From Desulfotalea psychrophila LSv54 (lineage in GTDB: Bacteria > Desulfobacterota > Desulfobulbia > Desulfobulbales > Desulfocapsaceae): a stretch of 32,000 nucleotides of DNA. Made by a program: the position numbers and the translations under genes. The notes beneath the pieces were generated by a model. It was not told where the DNA came from. It worked only from the letters and a program-made list of their open reading frames with translations, and did no database searches. The stretch spans positions 2,340,001-2,372,000 of the forward strand of contig NC_006138.1 in assembly GCF_000025945.1 (NCBI RefSeq), given 5' to 3'. Below, one piece after another: positions 8,105 to 16,041 of this stretch. Each line of letters starts with the position of its first letter. Position 1 is the stretch's first letter.

Positions 8105-11100
8105 TCAGAACCGGAATTCGAGTTTCGCGGAACCGCCGTAATCGTAGCTGTTCGTCGACAAGGCGGTCTGGGCCCGTATTGACAGCGAAAGGTTGTCCTG
8201 TAGCTGCGCATCGAAGCCCACGGTTAAATCGCCCTGGCAACGGTCGGTGCCCATTGTGAAGTTCAGCTCTCCGAGCGAAGCATCCGCGTCCACCAGCGTC
8301 GAACTCGCGTCCATGCTCGGTTCGTTTAATACTACCGTGAGACCCGCTCGGATGAAGGCCAGCATGGAGTGGTCATTGACCGAGAAGGCCCGACCAAGCT
8401 CGATCATTGGGGTCATGGCGAGCCAGCCATCGCTGACCGACCCGACGTCCCAATTCAGGAGGCCGTTGCCGCTTTCGGTAAAACTGTTCTGCCAGACCTG
8501 TGTGTAGGCCAATGCGGCTGAGGGCTTGGTGTAGTAGCCACTTTGGCCTAAGAACACAGCCGATGCCCGGACCTCGGCTCCGAGGAAGCCTCCGTCTATG
8601 TCGGAATCGGCTTGTTGCCAAATCTGGGAGGACTTGTAGGCCCGATCGTAGTTGAGTGAATAGATCCCACCGGTCAGTGCTGTGGAGAGGGTGAATCTCC
8701 CGATCTCCTTCTTAAGAGCCAAGCCCAGCGAATAGCGCTTGCCATCCTGAGAAAAGTTGTCGCCGTCGATGGACAGCGTCTCGAATTGGCCCACTATCTC
8801 AATAAAGGTGTCGGCTGCGATCTCACGTTGCGAGCCGAGTGCGATACCCCAGGTGGTCTCGGAGAACTCAGGACTTTCTCCAGTGGCATTCTGGTTTAAA
8901 TGCGAGCCGATTGCCTGGACCCAGGCACAGTCGTTCTGGCGCAGGAAGTCGGTGCCGGTCGTCGGGTCGAGTGTCGGACAGCTCTGCATTAGCTGGTTTA
9001 GCCTGTGCGATGCCGAGACCGCTCTGGTCGCCCCGATCAGGCTCTCTTCCGGGGTATGGCTACCGTAGATTGCCGCTAGTTCGTCGGCACTGGTAGTGTT
9101 CAGAATCGTGGTCGCGTGCATGGATAAGGCTTCTTTCGTGTCGCCGCTCGCCGTGGCCTCAATTGCCGCCATGGCGCTGCTTAAATATCTGGCATAACTG
9201 AGCGCATTGTTCCCTAGTTCTATTCCCGCTGCGCTGCCAGTATAGTCGATCGTGTAATTGACGAAGATATCGCTGGTCTTGTTGCTGAGGGTGTAGGTGA
9301 CGGTCGGGGTGTTGACTAATGTCGCGGTCATTGTCTTGAGGTTAGCGTCATTCGTCAGCGAAACGATGTGCAGTACGCCGGTGTTGCCGCTGGAAAGGGT
9401 GGTGCTTCCAACCCAAACGGGTTGGATCACGCCGGTCAGGTTGATCTGCGCGCCCTGGGCAAGACCATCAAAAACGATCTGGTCATTTAATACAGTCCCA
9501 GTCGAGTTTTGTTGGACATCGATCCAGAGTGTCCCGGCCTCGGCGTAGGTTTCACCGAGGCTCACCGTGCTTGTGCCGACTATGTTCTGGCCATAGGGAG
9601 ACATGGTGCTGCCGTCATAGCCTGTGTAGTTACCGAGCTTGCCAAGATAGACGGTCTTGCCGGCGTGGAAGTACGCGCCCTGTAGGTTTTCGAACTCAGT
9701 CCGGTTAGAGTCGTCGAGTTGCAGCGAGCCCGCGAGGATGCCTCCGCTCAAATTGTGGATCCTGAGCGCACCCTGAAAATCGTTAGCAATGACCACTGAG
9801 TTCGCATCGGCGCTCTGGATCGTGCCCTCGTTCTGGATCATGTTGGAATAGCTGAGCGACCCGTCGGAATTATAGCTTGACCGCCCCCCTGAGATAACTA
9901 TCGTCTCGTAGGCCGAACTGTGCGTCGTTTCGACCAGCCCGCCCTTATTGACATAGATGTGACTGGTGCCCCGGCATTCGTCGTCTTTGCACTGGGCGGA
10001 ACCGCCGCCTTTGTCGCCCTGCGGATCGTCTGTGCCGGTTTCCGAGGATTGGGCGAGGATCGCACGGGCGTTCTCGCCCTCGGCTTTTACTGTGCCGGCG
10101 ATACGCATCTTGACCCCACCGGAGTAGCCATCGGTGCCCGAAGCGCTCTGCGCGAAGATCCCGTGCGAGCCGGTGCCCTTGACATTAATTAAGCCGTCAA
10201 TGGCTATGTCGACATAGCCACTGTTGCCGGCGTCTCCGGCGCTACCGATGCTTGCGCTGTCCGTGTCGCTTCCAAGATTGCCACCGGCACCGCCGCTACC
10301 GCCGACGGACTGCACCCAGATCCCGTGGGCGTTTTTATTTGCCGTGTGAATCTGGCCGGTACTCGTGATGTTAACATCGCCCCCGTCGCCACCCTGGCCA
10401 CCGTTGTCCTTACCGAAAATCTGGGCCCCCAGGGTTTCATAGAAATTGGCCACACCGGTTACGATGCTACTTTCGATATCACCAGCTGATCCACCGCCGC
10501 CACCGACCGATTGGGCATAAATACCCATGGCTCCAGAGCCTTCGGTACTGATGTTGCCGCTGTTGGTGACGGCCACATTACCGCCGTTGCCACCCCCAGA
10601 TCCCGACCGTGCGACGGTGATAGAAGTCAGAAGCCCCTGGCTCCCGTCGCCACCACTGCCGCCGCCACCGCCCACGGATTGCGCGAAGATCGCCGTGCCA
10701 CTGTCACCGGTTGTGCTCAGCGTGGCATCGTTCTCGACCGTGACGTTGCCGCCGGTGCCAGAGGCCCCAGCCTGGCCGCCGATATCGATTTCAAAGGAGA
10801 GTTCGTCTTTGGGGAAGCCCTTCACGCCCTTGTAGGTTTCATAGATGTCGTGCAAAAAATCAAAGGTTTTTTTGATATCTGCGACCCAGCCCTTAAGCCC
10901 GGGCGAGCCGTTACCGGAGTTGCCGCCACCACCGCCAACCGACTGGGCGTAGATCGCGTAGGAGGCGTTGCCGGCCGTCGATATCGTACCCTCGGAGTGG
11001 GTCACCGACACGTCGTTGCCGTCCCCCGAGGCGCCAGAGTTGCCGCCCATGGCGTATTTCAGAGAATAGCTTTTACCTTCGTCGGTCTTTTTCTGTTTAT

Positions 11101-14100
11101 TGGTGTAGCCAAAGGTATGGGACCCGGCTTGGCCGCCGTCGCCACCACCGCCGCCGACCGACTGGGCATAGATGCCATAGGAGGTCTCGGTCCGCGTGGA
11201 GATGTCTCCGTTGTTTTGCACAGTCACCGAGCCGGCATCCTCTCCGTTGCCGCCCGAACCGCCCAGCGCCACGTCTACGCTGAAGCTGGGGTTCTTGTTT
11301 TTGGGCGCCAAGTAAAAGTTGAGCGCGCTGGCGGAACCGTAGGCACCAACGCCGCCGTTGCCGCCGACTGACTGCGCGTAGATACCATGGGCGTTACCGC
11401 CCGATGTTTTGAGCGTGGCCTGATTCTCGACCGTCACAGAGCTACCAACCGACCCATTACCGCCGGAGCCGCCGATCGAAACGGTGGTCTGAAACGTCGG
11501 CCCGGAACTACCCGATACAGTGTAGGCATAGCTGCCGCCACCCTTGCCGCCGTTGCCGCCGATCGATTGCGCGAAGATCCCGTAGGACAGGTGTCCGTTC
11601 GTGGTGATATCGCCACCGCTGTTGTTGGTCACTGTGACCGCCTTCGCCGTGCCCGAGTCGCCGCCATCGCCGCCAACGGAGACGTTGACTGAACCGCCAC
11701 CCTCGGAGCTCAAATCGATCGCCGCTGCAATGATGGCACCGCCGTCGCCGCCGTTGCCGCCAATCGACTGGGCGGTAATCCCCGTGGATTGATAGCCGCC
11801 GGTGGTGATCTGGCCTGAATTGGTGATGTCGACCGTATCTGCAGTGCTACCCGCACCGCCGCTACCGCCAACGGAGACGTTGACCGAGGTTGAGATCAGC
11901 CCGGCGCTTCCGGCCCCGGTGCCCAAGAATCCACCTACGCCGCCGCTCCCGCCCAGGGACTGGGCAAAGACCCCGTGCGAGCTGTCGCCCGATGTGTTAA
12001 TATTTTTGGTGTTGGTCAGCGTCACCTTGCCGGCTGTGCCGCCGTCTCCGCCGTTTCCGCCGTGGGCGATGCTGAGATCGCCCATGATGCTAAATGAGCC
12101 TGAGGCCGTCACGCCCCCGGAGCCACCGCCTCCGCCCATACTCTGGGCCAGGATGCCGGTCGCACCTGAGCCAGCGGTGGTGACGGACGCGTTGTTGGTC
12201 AGCGTTATATCCGAGGCCATTCCGCCTAGACCGCCGTTGCCCCCGTGGGTATAGCCGAGGCTGATACCGGCATCGCCATTGACTGTGGTGCCGGATGTGC
12301 CACCACCGCCGGCCACGCTCTGGGCCATGACGCCGGTCGAGAGATGGCCGTGTGTCGTCACGCTGCCGGCGGTGGTCAGATCCACCGTTCCCGACGAGCC
12401 GCCCGTACCACCGGATGAGCCGAGCGCGATCGACCCGGAACTGATCGAGACGTCTCCGCCGAAGGTGTAACCCGCTTTGCCGCCACCGCCGCCGATGGAC
12501 TGGGCGACGACGCCAAGTGCATTGTCGCCCTTGGTCTCGACCGTACTGTCAGTTTGAACCCAGACCGCTCCGGCAGAGCCGGCAGTTCCTGCAGATGATC
12601 CCTGATTGCCAACGAACTGGCTGAATTCCCCTCCGACATTGGCGTCGATAACGTTGCTCGACTGGCCACCGCCGCCACCGATCGACTGCACCAGGATGCC
12701 GTCTGCGTGGTCGCCATCGGTCGTGGCATCGGTCTTGGAGTTTACCGTGACGTTGCCACCGGTCCCGCCGTACTGACCGTCCGCCCCCATGTCATGATTG
12801 AATTCAAGGGTGCTGCCTGCCTCGATGTTATTACCAGCCGAACCGCCGCCACCCCCGACCGACTGGACAAGGAGGGCCGAAGATGTGGCTCCGTGCGTGG
12901 TCACCGATCCGGTCAGGCCAACGGTATCCTTGGCGCCGACATTGACGGTTCCGCCGTGATGCGCTGTGATCGTGTTCGAGGCGGCGGTCTGTTGGTTGAA
13001 GGTCAGGCCGATGTCGACGTTGACCACGTTGCCGCCGGTGCCGCCGCCACCGCCGATGGACTGCGCGACGAAGCCGTTAGACTTGAAAGCGAAGGTTTCG
13101 ATGTCGACGCTGCCGCCTTCGCTGGTGACTGTGATGTCGCCGCCTGAACCGCCATCGCCGCCCTGGGAGCCGAGGATAGGCTTGATGATATCGAGGGCGG
13201 CAAGGGAGCTACCGCCATGGCCACCACCGCCGCCAATGGATGAAATCAGTACCCCGTCTGCGATTTTATCCTGCGTTGTGACCCCGAGCGTTCCACTCTT
13301 GAGATCAAAGGTCACATCGGAGCCACTGCCACCATCGCCACCTTTGGCTCCGAGGGCCCAGGGCCCTTTGGGCGAGGTCGACTTGCCGCCGCCGTCGCCG
13401 ATACTCGAGATCATCACACCAACAGCATATTCGCCCTCGGTCGTGATGGTGGTGTTGCCGTCGGCGGAGAAGGCGGCCTTGCCGCCATTGCCGCCTTTTC
13501 CTCCATCACCGCCAAGGGCGACCACGCCGTCGTTCCCGCCGCTGGTGCCGCCGCCTCCGCCAGCGCTCAGCACGAAGATTCCTGACGCGTCGTCGCCCTT
13601 GGTGGTGATGGTGTTGGTGTCCGTCAGCGTGACGGTGACGTTACCGCCCACGCCACCTGCACCTGCTTTGGCACCGATGGCGATAAAGCCGTCATCCTTC
13701 GAGCCGACACCGCCGCCACCGCCCACCGAGAGTGCGCTTAGTCCATTAGAATAGTTCCCTGTCGTATCCACAGACACGGCATTAAGGGTCGCCGTAACGG
13801 TACGGCCATCACCAGCACTCCCGCCGTTGGCGCCATAGCCGACAAAGCCGGTCGCGCCGCCGGCGTTACCAGCGAAACCGCCGACACTCTCCACGAGGAT
13901 GCCCCCGGCTTCATCGCCTTTCGTCCTAATGGTTCCATTCGCGTAGCTGACCGTGGCCTCGCCACCCGGTCCCGGCACGCTGGCAAAACCAGCGTTGCCG
14001 TCGACCCAGCTATCGGCGTTGCCACCGTTGCCGCTGGCGCCGCCGATACTCTGGATGAAGACGCCTTGCGCCTGGACGCCCGAGGTCGTGATGTCGCCGG

Positions 14101-15103
14101 CGAAAGTCACATCGATCTCTCCAGCAGTGCCGCCGGGGCCGCCATTGCCTCCAACCCCTTTGGTCGGTCCATGCCCTTCGCCGCCGGTCCCTCCGTCCCC
14201 AGCCTCGCTGATGGCAACGATGCCATGTATGGTATCACCCGAGGTCGAGATAGTGTTCGAACTGCTGGCAGCGGTGAGCGTGATAATCCCGCCGTTGCCG
14301 CCGGCACCACCGGTGCCGCCCGTGGCCTTGTTGTCCGAAAGCCCTTCCCCTGCGGTGCTCCCGTTTCCGCCGACGCTAACCAGGGCGATACCGGCGCTGG
14401 TGCTCGTGGTGATATCGACTGAATGCTGATCGTCGAGCGTCACGGTGATAGCGCCGCCATTGCCACCGGCACCGCCGTTGCCGCCGAAGCCCTGATGCAA
14501 CCCGCTCTGGTTGGTGCCCTTGCCGCCTTCGCCGCCCTGGCCACCCTGGCTGAGCACGATAAGACCTGGGCCGCCACTCGTGGTGATTGGGAAAGGGGTC
14601 ACCCCGCCGTTGTCAGCATTGGCTGTGATCGTCACGGCGCTGCCATTACCGCCGGCGCCGCCGATTCCGCCGCGGGCAGTACCAAATGCGCTGTTCTCGT
14701 TAGCCAACCCGCCGTTGCCGCCGTTGCCCTCGATCGAGATCCCGCCCGTGGCGCTGTCGATGCCAAAGCCCTTGTCGAAATGCATCATCAAGGACATATC
14801 GTACGAGCTGTAGGCATCCCCCCCGTCCTGGCCATCTTCATGCTTTTCTTTGGTCGCGTCGTTTCCCGGGCCCGCTTGGTCCGTAAACTTGAACGCATAG
14901 TTGTCGTCACTTGACAGGGAAGGCCCGAAATTACCTGTCACGTTTTCGTACAGGAAGTGGGTGGCAGTGCTTGACCCCACATCGAGGACCGGGATATCGC
15001 TGCCGGAGCAGGTATAGGTGCCATTATCATTGAGACATGATCCAATAGATAAAGTTGGCAACATAAAAATAGATACCATCGAAAAAATGTGCGTCATTCT
15101 CAT
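8105..15103 (-). CDS. Giant type Va autotransporter, copy A (2332 aa): signal peptide, glycine-rich repeat passenger, linker, C-terminal beta-barrel
   Basis: Uninterrupted 7-kb ORF. SD AAGGGG lies 5 nt before the ATG. N-terminus MRMTHIFSMVSIFMLPTLSIGSC. About 26 repeats carry an xAQS[IV]GGGGGxGG core. The last 276 aa (NDCAWVQAIGSH...YDYGGSAKLEFRF) show alternating-hydrophobic beta strands and the terminal aromatic Phe typical of autotransporter barrels. Confidence 0.9.
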   Translation of the reverse strand: MRMTHIFSMVSIFMLPTLSIGSCLNDNGTYTCSGSDIPVLDVGSSTATHFLYENVTGNFGPSLSSDDNYAFKFTDQAGPGNDATKEKHEDGQDGGDAYSSYDMSLMMHFDKGFGIDSATGGISIEGNGGNGGLANENSAFGTARGGIGGAGGNGSAVTITANADNGGVTPFPITTSGGPGLIVLSQGGQGGEGGKGTNQSGLHQGFGGNGGAGGNGGAITVTLDDQHSVDITTSTSAGIALVSVGGNGSTAGEGLSDNKATGGTGGAGGNGGIITLTAASSSNTISTSGDTIHGIVAISEAGDGGTGGEGHGPTKGVGGNGGPGGTAGEIDVTFAGDITTSGVQAQGVFIQSIGGASGNGGNADSWVDGNAGFASVPGPGGEATVSYANGTIRTKGDEAGGILVESVGGFAGNAGGATGFVGYGANGGSAGDGRTVTATLNAVSVDTTGNYSNGLSALSVGGGGGVGSKDDGFIAIGAKAGAGGVGGNVTVTLTDTNTITTKGDDASGIFVLSAGGGGGTSGGNDGVVALGGDGGKGGNGGKAAFSADGNTTITTEGEYAVGVMISSIGDGGGKSTSPKGPWALGAKGGDGGSGSDVTFDLKSGTLGVTTQDKIADGVLISSIGGGGGHGGSSLAALDIIKPILGSQGGDGGSGGDITVTSEGGSVDIETFAFKSNGFVAQSIGGGGGTGGNVVNVDIGLTFNQQTAASNTITAHHGGTVNVGAKDTVGLTGSVTTHGATSSALLVQSVGGGGGSAGNNIEAGSTLEFNHDMGADGQYGGTGGNVTVNSKTDATTDGDHADGILVQSIGGGGGQSSNVIDANVGGEFSQFVGNQGSSAGTAGSAGAVWVQTDSTVETKGDNALGVVAQSIGGGGGKAGYTFGGDVSISSGSIALGSSGGTGGSSGTVDLTTAGSVTTHGHLSTGVMAQSVAGGGGTSGTTVNGDAGISLGYTHGGNGGLGGMASDITLTNNASVTTAGSGATGILAQSMGGGGGSGGVTASGSFSIMGDLSIAHGGNGGDGGTAGKVTLTNTKNINTSGDSSHGVFAQSLGGSGGVGGFLGTGAGSAGLISTSVNVSVGGSGGAGSTADTVDITNSGQITTGGYQSTGITAQSIGGNGGDGGAIIAAAIDLSSEGGGSVNVSVGGDGGDSGTAKAVTVTNNSGGDITTNGHLSYGIFAQSIGGNGGKGGGSYAYTVSGSSGPTFQTTVSIGGSGGNGSVGSSVTVENQATLKTSGGNAHGIYAQSVGGNGGVGAYGSASALNFYLAPKNKNPSFSVDVALGGSGGNGEDAGSVTVQNNGDISTRTETSYGIYAQSVGGGGGDGGQAGSHTFGYTNKQKKTDEGKSYSLKYAMGGNSGASGDGNDVSVTHSEGTISTAGNASYAIYAQSVGGGGGNSGNGSPGLKGWVADIKKTFDFLHDIYETYKGVKGFPKDELSFEIDIGGQAGASGTGGNVTVENDATLSTTGDSGTAIFAQSVGGGGGSGGDGSQGLLTSITVARSGSGGGNGGNVAVTNSGNISTEGSGAMGIYAQSVGGGGGSAGDIESSIVTGVANFYETLGAQIFGKDNGGQGGDGGDVNITSTGQIHTANKNAHGIWVQSVGGSGGAGGNLGSDTDSASIGSAGDAGNSGYVDIAIDGLINVKGTGSHGIFAQSASGTDGYSGGVKMRIAGTVKAEGENARAILAQSSETGTDDPQGDKGGGSAQCKDDECRGTSHIYVNKGGLVETTHSSAYETIVISGGRSSYNSDGSLSYSNMIQNEGTIQSADANSVVIANDFQGALRIHNLSGGILAGSLQLDDSNRTEFENLQGAYFHAGKTVYLGKLGNYTGYDGSTMSPYGQNIVGTSTVSLGETYAEAGTLWIDVQQNSTGTVLNDQIVFDGLAQGAQINLTGVIQPVWVGSTTLSSGNTGVLHIVSLTNDANLKTMTATLVNTPTVTYTLSNKTSDIFVNYTIDYTGSAAGIELGNNALSYARYLSSAMAAIEATASGDTKEALSMHATTILNTTSADELAAIYGSHTPEESLIGATRAVSASHRLNQLMQSCPTLDPTTGTDFLRQNDCAWVQAIGSHLNQNATGESPEFSETTWGIALGSQREIAADTFIEIVGQFETLSIDGDNFSQDGKRYSLGLALKKEIGRFTLSTALTGGIYSLNYDRAYKSSQIWQQADSDIDGGFLGAEVRASAVFLGQSGYYTKPSAALAYTQVWQNSFTESGNGLLNWDVGSVSDGWLAMTPMIELGRAFSVNDHSMLAFIRAGLTVVLNEPSMDASSTLVDADASLGELNFTMGTDRCQGDLTVGFDAQLQDNLSLSIRAQTALSTNSYDYGGSAKLEFRF
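8108..8935 (-). other. Segment encoding the autotransporter beta-barrel translocator domain of copy A
   Basis: 276 C-terminal residues ending in EFRF. The preceding CPTLDPTTGTDFLRQNDC linker is followed by amphipathic strands (RYSLGLALKKEI, FTLSTALTGGIYSLNY, LTVGFDAQL, LSLSIRAQTAL). Confidence 0.8.
10040..14750 (-). repeat. Coding array of about 26 degenerate 58-95-aa glycine-rich passenger repeats (copy A)
   Basis: The recurring unit is G-x-V-T-V-x-N-x-G-x-I-x-T-x-G-x-x-S/A-x-G-I-x-A-Q-S-[IV]-G-G-G/N-G-G-x-G-G, then a variable insert, then V-x-V-x-x-G-G-x-G-G-x-G. Counted by eye: 14 AQS cores, 4 [IV]QS cores and about 8 degenerate cores. Boundaries are approximate. Confidence 0.8.
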
Positions 15104-15148
15104 AGTAACCCCTTAACATAAAATCTAGAATTGAACTTTCCAGTATAG

Positions 15149-15178
15149 CTTATAGGGCTCTGTTGCAAAAAATGTCAA
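15149..15178 (-). promoter_or_regulatory. Candidate hybrid sigma70 promoter for copy A: -35 inside the IS remnant, -10 in flanking DNA
   Basis: The minus strand reads aaTTGACAttttttgcaacagagcccTATAAGctatactgg. TTGACA is at 15178..15173, then an 18-nt spacer, then TATAAG at 15154..15149, about 45 nt upstream of the ATG at 15103. An alternative is TTGCAA (15163-15168) - 15 nt - TATACT. Confidence 0.35.
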
Positions 15179-15511
15179 TTTGTCAAAGACCCCTTATAGA
15201 AGACATATTTTATGCTGCAGAATAGATATCAAATTGTCTTTAAATTAGGCGGATCTCTCCTTGCAAACCTTGATCATGGGGCCATATATCGAATTGGCCT
15301 TTTTTAAACATTCTCATGACTTCAAAACCCCTCTCCACCATCATCTCTTCCAAATCACGATAACTAATTCCGTATTTACAGTACCAGCGTACACAAGCCA
15401 AAATTATCTCACCACGAAAATGCTTCCATTTGAAATCATTCATAACGCCTTCTATTGCTTGATGACATACAATGATTTCACAGCATATTTAGATTTTTTG
15501 CAACAGAGCCC
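15155..15511 (-). mobile_element. Internally deleted, non-autonomous IS6/IS26-family insertion sequence (357 bp)
   Basis: Perfect 19-bp terminal inverted repeats: gggctctgttgcaaaaaat (15155-15173) and attttttgcaacagagccc (15493-15511). The core GGCTCTGTTGCAAA matches the IS26 IR GGCACTGTTGCAAA at 13 of 14 positions. The element encloses the truncated transposase ORF. The flanking 8-mers differ, so there is no TSD. Confidence 0.8.
15240..15443 (-). pseudogene. IS6-family transposase remnant: in-frame fusion of the N-terminal 42 aa to the C-terminal ~25 aa
   Basis: MNDFKWKHFRGEIILACVRWYCKYGISYRDLEEMMVERGFEV aligns with the IS26 Tnp N-terminus MNPFKGRHFQRDIILWAVRWYCKYGISYRELQEMLAERGVNV. The tail MRMFKKGQFDIWPHDQGLQGEIRLI aligns with the IS26 C-terminus MRALRKGQASAFYYGDPLGEMRLV. 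The entire DDE catalytic core is missing. Confidence 0.75.
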
Positions 15512-15820
15512 AGAAGATTCTGTAAGTCCCTTTAACGGTGGTCAAAAAGTTCTTGCTGGAGTAAAAGAGGAAGAGTCATTCCTACATTTAATACCATTCA
15601 GTACTGGAAAAATTTAATGGCTTGTAAAGAAATAACAGAAACTAGAAGTGAGTCACATGATGTAAGCATTTACAATAATAGCTGTGAAGATTCGAATAAC
15701 ATAGTTCAATTAGTGAAAATTAATGGTGGTGGTCATGTCATACCTAATCCTTACTTTTCAGAGTGGGCAAAAGATCTTGGGAAGGTCAATAAATATTTTT
15801 TTTACCAAAGTTTAATTTAG
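15512..15820 (+). pseudogene. 5'-truncated, frameshifted fragment of a PHB-depolymerase-family (LpqC-like) esterase
   Basis: Frame 0 reads DSVSPFNGG. Frame 2, open from 15536, reads IQYWKNLMACKEITE...SCEDSNNIVQLVKINGGGHVIP. These resemble the D..vPf.GG, s...W...n.C and e.GGHtWP blocks of that esterase family. There is no N-terminal half, the IS inverted repeat abuts the 5' side, and a frame switch lies around 15570-15590. Confidence 0.45.
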
Positions 15821-15996
15821 ATTTCTTTGAATCACTTAAATAATATTTATGTTTGAGATTCTTCTTATCAACGATAAAGCTGAAAGTTTATTCAAATCTT
15901 CAGCACACAATCCGGTTAGCTTCTTGGCAATGTAAAAAATATACCCCTTTTAAAAGGTCTGGTTTTGATCTTGTCCGATTGTTTTTTTAGGTTACT

Positions 15997-16025
15997 CTCC
16001 GTGCACCGCGGCGCGGTGCACGGGG
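15997..16025 (-). terminator. GC-rich hairpin 3' of giant gene B (paralogue of 8060-8088)
   Basis: ctccgtgcaccgc-ggc-gcggtgcacgggg is the same element as after copy A. One outer pair is changed to a G.U wobble. Confidence 0.35.
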
Positions 16026-16041
16026 CCTGCCCCTATTTCTA

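Noticed and set aside
8055-8240. 61-aa minus-strand ORFs overlapping the 3' ends of both giant genes (8055..8240 and 15992..16177), and 7963..8211.
   Set aside because: They are out-of-frame overlaps that run through the stop region and hairpin. They are Arg-rich and have no SD.
10040-14750. Periodic nucleotide repeats that could be mistaken for a CRISPR array or satellite, and the glycine runs that recall RTX (GGxGxD), PE_PGRS or collagen.
   Set aside because: The repeats are degenerate, variable in length and in-frame within one ORF, with no direct-repeat/spacer structure. The motif lacks the Asp-containing nonapeptide periodicity of RTX and the G-x-y triplet of collagen. A canonical autotransporter barrel follows.
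8193-14914. Many long plus-strand and alternative-frame ORFs inside giant gene A (for example 10511..11371 at 286 aa, 12966..13754 at 262 aa, 13953..14429, 14423..14914), rich in PPLPP, AAA or R.
   Set aside because: They are antisense or shifted readings of GGN/GCC-rich codons, which rarely produce stop codons. They have low-complexity Pro/Ala/Arg composition and no SD. Each is fully nested in a 7-kb ORF with clear domain architecture.
15261-15617. 118-aa plus-strand ORF spanning the IS remnant.
   Set aside because: Its first two-thirds are antisense to the IS6 transposase remnant. Only its tail (DSVSPFNGG) belongs to the esterase pseudogene fragment.
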